A DNA stretch of 63,320 nucleotides, the filler included, from Intoshia linei (lineage: Eukaryota > Animalia > Orthonectida): the NCBI GenBank assembly GCA_001642005.1. It is 5 parts of 5 records of this genome, joined end to end, with 100 filler letters (N's around TTAATTAATTAA, not from the genome) between each part and the next. Parts side by side here need not be neighbours in the genome. Positions count along the whole stretch, not along the records: positions 21,745 to 52,796 come from LWCA01000342.1; 4 more parts are not named here. One strand, written 5' to 3'. The translations under genes were made by a program, and so were the position numbers. Positions within the stretch are counted from its first letter, which is position 1; every line of letters starts with the position of its first letter. Below the pieces are notes generated by a model, which worked only from the letters and a program-made list of their open reading frames with translations, was not told the DNA's origin and searched no databases. Shown one piece after another: positions 25,283 through 39,143 of the stretch.

Positions 25283-26968
25283 TAATTATTTTGATAAATA
25301 ACAACTTGACTGTTATGTATTAATATTAATTTAATACTTTGTACAAACAGTACCTAGCTTTGCCGACGGGGACTTTTTTAATTCTATAAAAAACTAAATT
25401 CTTTAATAAAACCGTCCTAAAATAATAAAAAATACACAATCTGATAAAGATTTTTAATTCATCAACATCGTGATAATTTTCAATTTCAAAATCTTATATC
25501 TTCACGGCCAAAACCCACAATACCGTTATTTGTAAAAATAAAAAAAGTCGTAGAATTTTATACAACGTGTATTCTGTGTAGTTTTTAAAATTATAAGCAT
25601 TATCATAAAGGGCAACATCAAAAAAGTTTATTTTCATGATCAAAACCACAGATTACCTTTTTTTTAAAAATGAAAACAGTCCTAGATTTAAAAAAACATA
25701 GATGACAGTTATATCCAGTTGACACACAAAAAAAATTAATCTGACAAATTGATGCCTTCATGGTCAATAAACCACTTTACTATTCATTTTTTTTCGAAAC
25801 TATTTTATTAAAAAAAAATTATTCTGATACAGCTTATTCCAGTTGATATAAATACAAAATTTTAACCCCATTAATCTACGTATTTTAAAAATAATTTTTA
25901 ATTTATCATCAACCAATATTTTTCAAATGTTTAAATTAAAATTAAAAATATAAACATTTATCCTACAATTTCAAAAAAAATGTGCATTGAACGTCTACAC
26001 ATTTTCAATAGTAATATGGGTAAAAATTTCATAGTTTTTATCGATTTTCAAAGTTCTTATCATTTTTCATTGATAAAAATTTTCACTTAAAACAAAAATA
26101 AATGAGGTAGAATTGAATTTAAAGATGCAAAGTGAACAACCAAACATGACGATCAAGACAAAAGCACTCAAAACATAGCTACAGTATCTAATCATAACAT
26201 TCCAGTAAATAAAGTTATATTTGAATTTTTGGATGAAATTTTTAAAATGACAACAAATATCTCCGCAAAAAATTATCCAAAATCATTTTTTTCAGTGTAG
26301 CCATAAAATTGTCATACGTGACTTTATCTATCACTGCACTATAAAATTTCCAAAAAATTACTAAAATTCACACCCTAAATTAGGGGTGTTCTGATGTTCT
26401 TATATTATCCATGATTTGATTTTAAACTTTTTCAAAATGAAAATTTCAGTAGCAATCATAAAAAAAGAAGATTACCACTCTTTAAAAGTGCTTTTTTGAC
26501 CATGAATGCGTCACTTTGTGAGATTGAAAGTTTTTGTGTGTTAACTGGATACAACTGATTCAGTTGTAAATTTTTCATCTTGAAAATGCAATTTTTTCAA
26601 TATGCGATGGTTGATAATCCTTATAAATGTAAAAACTATTTCAGATTGTATGTTTTATAAACATATAGAACTTTTCATTATTTAAAAAAAAGTAATTTGA
26701 GGTTTTGACCATTAATTTCCAAGTTTGTGAGGCTGAAATTTACGACAATGTTAATAATTTTAAAACGCGTCCCAGAATATATATTTATAAAAATTCTAAA
26801 GCTGGTTTTATTTTTAAAATAAGGGAAAATAGGGTTTTGACCCTGAAAGATTCATTTTCTGATAATCACTCTCGGAAAACTATTAGTAATTGGGTTTTAT
26901 ATTTTAGGACTATTGATTTTTAAATGTACGGTAACACATACACATTCAGTTTTATATAAGTAAAAGAT
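25283..26968 (-). mobile_element. Composite Helitron-like repeat region
   Basis: Reverse complement of the family 5' end (TCTTTTACTTATATAAAA) at ~26968 and of the 3' end (...GGCAAAGCTAGGTACTGTTTGTACAAAG...ATAACAGTCAAG) at ~25285-25370. Internal subrepeats occur in both orientations. Confidence 0.55.
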
Positions 26969-27759
26969 TTAGACTTTTTTTATGTAGATATTTTTATCAA
27001 ATGTAAACAGTAAATTTTTATTTACTTGTGTATAATTTATACTGAAATGTTCAAATTTTGCATTGAAATACAATTTTAAAATTATTAACAAAACAAGGTA
27101 ATTTATATTGATTGCATTTATTAACATATTATTGTAAGCAATTTATAAACGTCTCAATTTCTAATGAAATTAAAAGTATGCTTACATTTCGAAATATTAT
27201 TTATCTATTCGTCTCTTTATACAACACACAATCATTTTCTAAAATTTACAAGTAACATTTCACTAAAATTTAATCTAAATAGTAATTGCTAAATTAATAT
27301 TTAAAGTAATGTGGGTAACTTTATAAATTTTGTTTTGTAAAAATTATAACATTTTAAAACACTAATTTCAGTCTTTATTACTAATGAAGACTTTTAAAGT
27401 TGAATACAAATTGCTCATTATAAAGTGTCAAATAAATAAAACTAAATCTATTTTATGTTGGGAAAACTACAAATTAAATTTAAATTCAAGTAAAAAGTAA
27501 AAAATTCATAATTTTTATTTGAAGTTTGTGTTCGGGTTCTGCTTCGTCTGTCTTGCAATGCTCTAGTACGGTGCATGTGTGAATTTCAAATTCCAAATTC
27601 CAATCCATGTAATTATTTATTTCAAGTTTCAGATTTGACTAAACACTGCAATATCTTAGCAATTGAATAATTTAAGCATATTTTAAATTAATTTTACCTT
27701 AGTGTTCGATAAATTTTATTTTAAATTGACTAAATTCTTGCTTATCCGATCAACTATAA

Positions 27760-30700
27760 ATGGTAAATTATAATACCATTATTATGCTGATCTTTGAAAG
27801 ATGTATACTCAGTGAAGCTGTTAATAAATTGGTAATTTTAATTTTTTTTAAAATGTAATTACAATTGTAATCAATTTTATATATACTATCCATTAGGATA
27901 TATCTCGAATAATTAGGGTCTCAATCTTGGATAAGTTTTCACAACTTAGGAAAAGTTGTTTTTATAACTTGTCTTTTTGTTTATAAACTATTTAAAATTA
28001 AAAAATTAATTGGTAACTATTTAACGTCACCAAATGTAATTAATGATTCATTTAGAAGTTATCGGATCAACAACTCAAAAATATTAAAACTGCTTTTCGA
28101 AGAGTACTTTTGATTTAATTGATTAATTGATTTATTTTTTTTTATTTTTTTTTGTCCTTAAAGTGGATATTTTATAGGAAATGGTTTTGATCGTTTGAAT
28201 TTTTAAAATAATATTAATTAATGTAAATTATTATTTTTTTCAATTTTATTTGTGGTCTTAGTTAATTATTAATTAGCTATTAACTTTGAACTTGAAATTT
28301 TAAATTCTATTTGATTGCACTAATTTTAATAAATTAATTTAAATTATTCATATTCTTATGCAGACTGCGCTCTGCGCAGCTACGATTTATAAAATTTCAA
28401 TACGAATAAGGCTCATTTATTTCAATTATTAAATATTTAGTTTTTGTACATAATTAAAATTGGTACCTTATAATTTTATTCTAAATGTTTCATTTTTCAT
28501 TACAATTTAATGCAATAATTTGCAAATATACAATTTTTATTTATGGTTGAAATAAATTCATTTTTGAATTATCTGCAAAAATATTGTACCATCGATATTC
28601 TATTTATAGATGTATAAGATACTTAATTTTCATTTATTTTTTAATTAACGTTTTTGAGAATGCAATTACTAAGATTCATTTTAAAATTTAAGAAAAACGA
28701 CCCACATGAAAAAGTGTCTTAGAATTTGGAGTTTTTTTAAATTCGGAGACTTAATTAATGTATAATTATAATTTATAATTTAAATTTTAATATATATTAC
28801 AAGATTTTATGTTATTTTAAGGCACTATCTAATGATCCGTCTTTGATAGTACGATTAACCAGTTCGTTATTGGTGAAAGCTGAAGTCACAAAAAACCTAG
28901 ATTTAAGCCAACTTGTTTTGTTGGCAGACAACACAAAAAGCGGTAAAAATTGATATGTTACAAAGTATAATTTATAATATGTGTTCTAACGATTTGTGAA
29001 TTTATCTTTTAGTTAAGTTCTCAAATATAAATTAAAATGTGGAGGTACCAAGTTGTTTTAAAAAATGATTTGATTTTAAAATTTTTTTTATAGAATATTT
29101 CAAAACACTATATGCTAAATAGCTTATTTAAAAATAAATCAATACGTGAAGGCTTAACTTTGTGAAATTGAAATTTTTTGGTGTGTTTTTAACTATTTGT
29201 TGTATTAAATTTGATATTTTCTAAAATTCTGGGTCTATATTTTTTATCATTTTTTAAAATAATGGTTAATTTGTGGTGTTGGCCGTGAGGACACAAGTTT
29301 TTTAAATTGAAATTTATGATTTTTAAACTTGGTTCAGAATATATATTTTATAACATTCTGGGATTAATTTTAATTTTAAAAAAAGGGTAATTACTTTTTT
29401 TAATTTGGTCCCATAAGGACTAAATTTATCGAAATGAAATTTGCGATAAAATTAAATGTATGTGAATATGTGTTTGTGTTTAATTAAAAAATTAAAAAAA
29501 CTTAATTTCTAATGCAGTTTTTCGAGTCATGTTTTATCGCAAATTTCATTTTCAGAAATCTGGCTATGCATGGTCAAAAACCCAAATGCTTTTTTTTAAT
29601 TAATAATAAAATCAATCCTAGAATTTTAAATAACGTACATTCTGAGACTTAATTGAACATGATTACTATTTTCGTAATTCTCAACCTCAAAAACCTACAT
29701 CTTCATTATGAAACCACAAATTACCCGTTTTTTTAAAAATGAAAAAGTCACTGAATTTTATAAAACATCAATTTTGGAGTGTTTTTAAAATCATGAGTAT
29801 TATCATAAATAACAACACCAATAACTTAAAATCAATTAAAAAATCACTCCTAAAATTAAAAATTCGTTCTCGGTGGAGCTGGATGCTGTTTGTAAAAAAT
29901 ACATAACAGTCAAGCTGGTATATATAAGTAAGGATTCTAAAAATTTATACATATCTTATTAGATTCTTCAGTATTAAAAATCTTGATATCCAATTATTAT
30001 GAATGCTTTGATGCTTGCATTCACCTTCGACAAATTTTAAGAGATTTGCCCAGATATATGCATTATGAAAAAACATTATTTTTCGAAAATATCAAGTAAT
30101 TTTATTTTTAATTAGCAATTAAACTTTGTATTCCACTTCTTGTAATTTTTTTAACTAAAATTTATACTTGTCAGAAAATACATTTTTTTACTTTTCAATA
30201 TTTCATTAGTTATGCAATATTGGAGGATTTCAGACTTTAAACTTAGTAAGTAGTACTAAGTTTAAAGTTTAAACCGTCAACAGATGAATTTAATTTACTA
30301 ATCAAAAATTTGTAAATATTTTTATGTCGAGATATGAAAAAATAAATTTACTTGTCCTTTATTTGAATTTTTCTTGAATTTTCTGGCCTTTATGGTAATT
30401 CGATATTGATAAAATATTTAGAAAAATTGCCTCCTATATTCAAAAAATGTTGGGATTAATTAAAATTATAATGAAGGAATCTAAACACTCATCCACTAAC
30501 CCGGTATTTTAAATTTGATGATCAATTTCAATTGTCTATATTGATTCCATATTCTATATAAATTAAGGAATTTGAACTTCGAAAAAATGAACTAATTGAA
30601 ACATCTCGCCAATTTTCAAAGGATTTGAAAACATATTTTCATAAATACGAGTTTGTTTTTTTTAATTTAAAAATTAATATAAACTTAGAGATACTTTGCT

Positions 30701-30797
30701 ACATAAAAGTGCTTGTCATTTACTTTTTGAAACTTATAGACTCCAGGAATGTATATACAATTGCAACAAACGTGAAAAGCCTTTGTGTAAACAATAA
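27760..30797 (+). CDS. PDCD10: Programmed cell death 10 / CCM3; exons ~27760-27831, 28056-28103, 28822-28942, 29963-30095, 30422-30503, 30568-30650, 30689-30797 (5' structure uncertain)
   Basis: Spliced NIKTAFRRALSNDPSL...LRQILRDLPRY...FFENIKKIASYIQKML...FELRKNELIETSRQFSKDLKTYF...SACHLLFET aligns with PDCD10 (LKQILSKIP...IKDIASAIKELL...EFVKYSKSFSDTLKTYF...SANRLIHQT). Confidence 0.8.
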
Positions 30798-30831
30798 ATT
30801 TTACTTTAAAATATAATGGTATTTTGTTAAT

Positions 30832-33800
30832 TTATTTGTTTGAAACAGTTTCCTCTGTTAAATCAACGTCTTCTATGTTTTCATTAATCATTTGTTCTTT
30901 ATTTTTTATTTCTGCGTCTTTACCAAATTCATCTGTAGCTTTCACCAATAATTGGATTCTCTATAATGTTATCATTTTATTTTAAACACGTTTACCTTTT
31001 TTATACTGACTGTTTTATCTTTAAAAGTTAGTATTTTAATTATGGCTATAATTGGGATTATTAGTATTGATATGGAAGCCATTATCCATCCCACCATTTC
31101 CATTGAATAGGAAACTAAACGGCCGTTATATTGAGTTGTTCCAAAATTTGACATCATGAACGCTAGGATTCCCTAAATTAAATACTTATAGGTTATAAAT
31201 ACTTATATTCGGGAGTACATCCGGGCACTGTCTTGTGGCGTCGTGTCCCAAAATTATATGAAATATGTCAATGAATAATTCTTACACATAACATTGCGGG
31301 TGTTATATAACCCCACATTATTCTCCATATAAAAGTTGGATGATATCCAAGCATCATTTTTATGTTTTTGTAGAATGTGTCCAACCCTAAAAAAATGTTT
31401 ATTTAATTCAATACTTATTATTGATACCGTAAATGTGAGATATAACTACACATTCCAATATTCCAACTATAATTACAGCATAAGACGCGGCATAGTTGTC
31501 CATTACTTGGAAAAGGTACATTCCATTCTGTATAATTAATTTTTATTAAATTGAGTAAATTTTATTTAAGGCTTGATAATTTTAGTTTTTACAAAAAAAT
31601 CTAGCTGTATTAAACCTTGCGGGAGCGAGGCTTTAAAATAATGATGTAATATTAAAAATAAAATATATCAATGATTTTAGCATATTTTTAAGCAAAAACT
31701 AAAATTAAATTTATAACAAAAATTTCTTCATCTAACCATCTATAAAACAGAAAATACACTACCGACAATTAATTATTGTCGGCCCGCTTATTAATTTTTA
31801 TAAACAATATTCTCTGTCTAGTCGGTGAAGTTGCAACTACATAGTAAAGTTACGGTATCATGGTGGAAAATTTAAATAATATCGAAATATAAATATAACT
31901 GTAGGAACCACATATATTCTATTAATTGGTATACCTTTTATAACGTGATCCCCGGTTAAAATAAATAACTTTTCCTAAAAAAATAGGGGAAGATGGAAAA
32001 ATAAAGAACTAGAATTGTCAAAGTATAAAAAAAATACTCTATAACAGCAGTTCCCACTTTTTTCATAACGAACCGGTAATAAATTATAAAATTTATTTAT
32101 AATTTAATTTATAGCGAAATTACTAGTCAACATTTAAAAAATTTTGACAAAAATCGTAGTAAATTGACTTTAGTAAAAGTAGTAGTAGTACTTCTAGTAA
32201 AAACTTTCGCCAACTAAATTTTTTTAACAGAACGCTATTTGGGAAATGTGGCTCTATAATGAAATAAATGAATAATAATACTTGAGTAATTAAAGGTAAT
32301 CCTAGCAAAAAGCCAGCTGTACATATTATAAACATTAAGAGAGCGGATTTCTTTTTGGATTCAAACAAAAGAGGAAACAAATCTTTAATTGTAGTATGAA
32401 CTGTACTGACTATTGAAAACTATATAATTTAGTTAGAAATATGTAAAGAGTGAAAATATTTAATGTATGTTAAAGGAAAACTAACTTTTTAAAATAAATA
32501 TCTCAAGTAAAAATGGTAAACTATAAATTGAATAGTAACTTTAAATTACCTGTGTTCCCAATCCTAATGAAATCAACATCATAAAAAATAAACAAGACCA
32601 GACTTGAGATGCCGGAATTAAATCTAGAGCTTCAGGGTACACAATAAAAGCCAAACCAGCACCTAATAATAATAATTAGTAATTATATTCCACTTTATGA
32701 TCATTAGATTATCAAATAAACAATTAATAATTATTTATAATCAATTAAACACGGATGACTACAACAAACAGTGGAGGGGAAGGCTAGGGTACCATATCAA
32801 GAGCCTACTATTCTTAATTAATAAGTTCCATTAGAAAAGACATGGATTTTTACTTTTGTAAAAAAGTTAATACCCTAATTTTGGGCGACATTTTGTTAAC
32901 TTTGAGTCCAACAGGGTAACCCTTACATAAGGTTAAACAATGGTTAGAGGAACTAATTTTTTTGATGTCTATATAAGGCCTACCATATTAATCCATCTAT
33001 TATTACCAGTTCTCAACGGCCCTCACTGCGTGGTTATGTTATTTTTATGAAAAAAAATTGAAAGATACACCAACGACTAAAGAATATATCAAAGTAATAG
33101 AGTGACTATATTTCAATAATTTTTCTTAGAAATTAGATTTTTAGTGGTTCGCCAACAATTTAATGTGAAATTACTAGTTATAATCACTGGTGGTCCGTAA
33201 TAAAAAATAGGAACCCATAATCTATGTCAATTAAAAATGACATAGAAATCTATACCTGAACTAAATATATCTTCCATTTTTTTCTGCATTGAAAATGCTA
33301 AATATCCCAATACTCCATATACAACAAATCCAGCATAGAAACTTGTCAAACAATTTAGTACGGAAACTATTATTGCGTCTCTAAATACATGGTATGTTTG
33401 TTATAGCATAAAATGTTTAATATACCTCAAGCAATTGTTATGAACTTTGTTGTAGGTAGCAAGAGTAATTAAACCTCCCCAACAAGGGGACAATGAAAAA
33501 AATATTTGTACGGCAGCGTCACCCCAAACCTAACATTAAGGTATTAAATATTTAATAAATGTAGATTTATGAAAATAATTATAAAACAAATATTCATACA
33601 GGTACCTGGTACAAGGTACATTGTATATATTGAAACCAAGATTTTTGAATTTCAAGTTCAACCTAGTTTTTATTGAAATTGATGAACCATAATTTCCTTT
33701 TTAATTTTTAATTATAATCAAAGGTGTTACCAGCATTTCTGGTTATATTATTAGTCAAATTAAAAATTTATTTTATTTTTGTAAAATACATTATTGCAGA

Positions 33801-36800
33801 GTTGCCAAATGTTGGGATTTTATCCCAAATCCTAGACGACCGCTAAATTATTAATTTAAAAATTCCACCAGTGATAAAATTTAATCAAAAATACCATTTC
33901 AAGCACTTTATTTAAAAATTACGTTCTTACGATTTTACAAAAAACCACTTAATTCAACCCCAAAAAAAAAATTCAACCCTTAAGCCTTAAGTTAAAATAA
34001 AATCTCTTTTCCTATATTTGTTTTAAAACTTGGATTTTATCAAACCTTACAAGAAAAAACTCTTAATCCAACCACAAAATAAAAAACCTAAAAATTGTAG
34101 CAACCATGAAGGAAAAATCCCCTTTTACGAGTACTTAGTTCTAAATGTTAAAATAATAATTAAAATGTCATTGTATTCACTTTATATTTTACGAATTAAT
34201 CATTTATGTATTTAAAAAAATTAGCTGGTACCAGAAAAGTTATCAGCATTGTTTTTGCTGGTACAAGAAAATCGACCACTCCTGATTATAATTCAAAAAT
34301 TTCCAAAAATATTATTGATGCTATATTAAAATTTGTTTTTAACTAGGAATATGTGGATTTTTGGGGTTGAAATTTTTTATCTAGATCTATATATAGATAG
34401 GAATAAACTGCATCAGACTAATATGTATTTAATAGTCTAATAAATAGTAGATAACTAAATAGTTTAATAGTCTTGGAGGATTCATAAAATTTTTTTCTTT
34501 TAAAAAAAAAATGGGTAATGTGCCAATTGTGGCTTTTGACCGTGAAGATGCAAATTTATGAGAGTGAAATTTATCGTAATATCTGCGCCGTAAAACTGAA
34601 TTGGAATTTTTGTATTTAAATTTATAAATGGTTACATTGAAGACACATTTTTAAAAATGTTTAGAAATTTTTACTTTATAAAAGTAAGATTATTACAATA
34701 AATAAAAACAGGAATACCTCGGTTAAGGCGGTTAGTATATGATGATAGATAATATAATAGATAATTCATCCAATCTAAAAATTTTTTATACAATAGTAAA
34801 GCATCCAATTTTTTCTAATAATTTATTTTTACTCTCATAACTTTTTTTAAATTTATGAAAAAGGTATTAAATTATGAATAGAAAAACTAATTGCATTAAA
34901 CTCGATATACCCATGTACAGTAGTATATATGTATGTAGTATATATATCCATGTATAGTATCCAACTACAGTAGTTGCTAGTCTTTATCAAAATATTTCAA
35001 TGATAAGATACGTTTCACCAGTCTTATGCTGATTAAGTGAATCCGTCTTAACCGAGGTTTCAATAAAAAAAGTTAGAATAAATTACTCGTAAACTCAACA
35101 TTCTTTTAAAATCCGGTGCTAGATATGTTTTTATTCCGCTGCTCGATCCGTCATACTGAAGTATAGCTATAAGAAAAGATTATGTAAAGTTAATTATATT
35201 TATAGATAATTATACTACATTCAATGAATATTATTCAAAAATGTTTCAATACTAAATCACTGTATTAAATGGAATGAAATATAATTTAAAATATTAAAAT
35301 GTAGATAACATATAACTTACTAATTAAAAGGCACGTTATCACAATGTATGGAAATATTGCTGTAAAATAGACTACCTAAGTTTTAATGGTATAAAATATT
35401 TTTATCAATATAGTAATTATAATAATTGATAATTTACTTTTCCTAGTGATTGAATTCCTCGAATGAGACAAACACAGACAAGAAGCCAAGCCACGAATAA
35501 ACATATTGCCAATGACCAGGAAATTCCTCCTAATTGTGTTATGCCTGGTAGTTTATCTTCTGATGTGAGTGCATTAACATAAGTTAAATTAAGAACACTG
35601 TGACTATAGAAACATGTTAAATTTGTATATAATGGTATAAAATTTATGAATACTATAAATAATGAACATTATTAAAAAAAAGTACTGAAAATAATAATCT
35701 CCTTTTGTGGTTCGAGTGGTATTCAAAATGACTTCTAAAGTAAAGATTACAATGATGAATATATGAAAAGATATGTAATGTATATTCTACCAGGTATATG
35801 TGTCCAAGGTAATTTAGCTAAAGTAGACGACGCAAGATAATGCAATGACCAAGCTACAATAACATTATAATAAATTGATACAAACATGGAAATTGTCATC
35901 ATACTCCATCCAATACCTAAATAATAGAAAATTGTCAAAATAATGAATACAATTCGAAGTTTTTTGAAAAACAATGTAACTTTAAAGTCAATGCCATAAA
36001 AACTACATTAAATAATTGTAAGTCTCGCCTATATTAAAATATACAGATGTACACAATGTGTACTACACATTACATACGATACTAAAATACTGTTTATTTT
36101 ATGCATAATATATTCAATAAATACAGTAAATTAAAAATATATTTAATTAATTAATGAATATTTAAACTTAGATACATTACCAGAAAAGAGTGGAGATACA
36201 CTCCATATTGACACTACTCCGCTTCGTCCATATTGACCAAATGAAAGTTCTAGAAAAAATAACGGTATTCCTGCAGTCAACAACATTGTTGCGTAAGGAA
36301 TTAAAAATGCACCTGAAATGTTTATTATTACCATTATAATAATAATTATTAATAATACAATTTACCATTATGTTTGAAATTTAGATACGGAAACCGCCTA
36401 AATATATTTTAACATTTTAAAAAAATTTTATTAGATTAGTACAGTGTTCAAACTGGTACACTCAAGTGGACAGCTGTTACAGGCGAGGAAAAAGGTAGGA
36501 ATTCGAAAAGAGTCAAAGTTATCAATGTGTCCCTAAAATATATATTGTAAACTCATTGAATGAAAAAAATGTAGTTTAAACTTTTTTCACATAAATAATG
36601 TATATACAATAGAGCTGAATCTACCTTATGATAGACCAATTTTCGGCATCTTCGGGTCTCAGGTAGTGCTTCCGCAATTATTCATCGAATTCATCGATTG
36701 TTCACCAATTAATCGAATAATATGATAAAGTTATGCTCTTTTTATCAATTGTATTTTACAAGATTTTGATTTTGGAATTATATTTAAAATGGAAATACAA

Positions 36801-39143
36801 TACAAGTTAAATTATTAAAATTTTCCCAAGCTTTAAACTTTGAATTCATCTCTTAATGTAAAAATAATTGTCAGATAACTAGAAAGTAATTTTATTGGTT
36901 TCTATGTTATACAACGAAATAGTTTTACGAAAATATTATGTGTCAAAAAATGTCATAAAAAATAATATAACCTAATAAGAAATGAAGTAATACTATACAA
37001 AATAAATTTCAGTTGTTCGATTAATTGTTTGACGAACAAACAAATGAACAATTATTCATTGTGGAAGCACTAATCACAAGTGAGTTATATCAAAAGTATA
37101 TATTCGAATCTCGATTAGTATGGTAGCGATATATCAGTATAACTCATATTTGAGTAATGCGGTGTCTAAGGGTTAAGTGGAAAAAAGTGAAGAACCCAAG
37201 CTCTAACTGTATCTCTTCAATAATAAATCGCTCAAACGAATGTCGCTCCAGAGAATGGATGTCGATTTTATTATTTTTGTAAACATTTATATTCAGTATT
37301 CTCTGTGCAATTCATCAATCTTTTAGTAAACTTCTAGACAAAATCACATTATCAAATCAAATTTACCAAATTAAAAAATCTATTTCTGCCGAACCTTACT
37401 ATAAAAAATCAAGTTATCAAGCCCCAAACGGAAAAATTCAATTATCCTAACTCTATTAATTATTTTCATCGATAATTTATGAGAAAATTCAATTTGATCA
37501 AATTTGGGAGAAAAAATCCCCTTCTGCCAAATTAAATCCTATGAATAATAACCTTTATTAACTAAACCAGTTGTTTTTAAACTGACTCTGAAACTGAAAA
37601 CTCCATTAACCTAAAAAATTATTGACTTTTTTGATGGATTAAAAATTTGATAACGGTCAAAAAAATAGATACCAATTTGTGAGATTGAAACACATTTTTA
37701 CATTAAGAATAAAAAAGTTTACCATCGGTCCGATCCGAACCTATCATGCTCGAGGACCACCGAAAAATCAAAAATAAATTCCTCAAAATTATAAAACTGG
37801 ACTTGACCGTATAAATTTTACACACAAATAGTTATGATGGTTTAATGTAAAATTTAATTATTTTCGAAAAAAGAGAACCAATTCTACAAAATTATTTCCC
37901 CTAAGACTAGTGCTTCCGCAATGAATAATTGTTCATTTGTTTATTCATCAAACAATTAATCGAACAACTGAAATTTATTTTGTATAGTATTAAAATTCGA
38001 TTTGGCACCACAAAAATGTAATAAACTTAAATTTATTATTTGTAACTATGGTAACACATAATTGCTAGCTCAAATGGCTTAAATAAACTATTAATAAATA
38101 TAATTTAACTTTAAAAAATTAAGCCTAACTTAAGCCTAAAAAATTAGCTTTAAATGATTTTTATTGATAAAATTTTCTGGCATCCCAAAACCGGTTTGGT
38201 ACCCCAGGTTAAGAACTCACGTCTTAAAGCGATATAATCATCGATTTTACTAATTGATCATATTGATTTTTGCAAGAAATTTTAGTGGGTTTCTTTATTC
38301 ACATTTTTATTATTTTATATTTATAATTTTGGGGTTAAAATTTGTATATGATTTTTATGGAAAAATTTTTTTCTATCATTTTTTAAAGATTTTGTAGATT
38401 CTATATGATGTGAAAATATTAAAAATATTCCTTTCAAAACCATACAAAATTATATTCACAAAATTATCTTTAAATCTTTAAAAAATGATAGAAAAAAAAT
38501 TATTTCCTTAAAACCCCTACTAAAAATTTTGGTCGTTATCATTATCATTAAAGAAGCCTTGAAGAAACCATAAAAATATTGTCAAAAAATGAATATTACG
38601 ATTAAATAACAAAATGGATGATTATGTCGATATAAGATGTATCGCTCTAACAATACATCTCTCAAATGAATTTCGCTAAACTGAATGTTCGCCAATAAAA
38701 TCTACAAAAACATAATTACAGTTAGATAGTCAAAAAAATAGAAATTTGTATTATTTTTATCAAAGTTAATATAAATTAATACAATTAAATTTCAGATTTC
38801 GGTGTGAATTAAATAAAAGCAAACTAAAATACCATAAATTTCCGAGCCCGACTGCGTAGCTTAGACAGGATAATATGAATTCAAATTTTCCTGACCATTG
38901 ATCTCTTTCTTTGGGTTTTTTAGGAAGTTTTTTAATTTTAGATATTAATCTATCCATATAGATATTTTCTTTTTTGTGATTTTGATCATAATATTCAGTC
39001 ATTCTTCTGTGTTTATTATGTATATCGTAACTGTCTTCGCTGGAAATTGAGGACATTGAAGTTTCGTCAGATGAAGAAATACTTTTATCTGGAAACACGT
39101 TGATTTGTTTAAGTTCATAATGATTTTTGTCTTTTTTAGTCAT
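30832..39143 (-). CDS. SLC6 Na+/Cl- dependent amino-acid transporter, glycine-transporter-like
   Basis: Motifs [37 protein letters not shown]...[50 protein letters not shown] and LGLGTQF. Gly in TM1 and Trp in TM6 indicate a GlyT-type substrate site. Confidence 0.9.
36664..37072. mobile_element. MITE with TAGTGCTTCC(G/A)CAAT TIRs in SLC6 intron 1
   Basis: TAGTGCTTCCGCAAT at 36664 and ATTGTGGAAGCACTA ending at 37072. An inverted partial copy of the right arm lies at 37908-37992. Confidence 0.7.
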
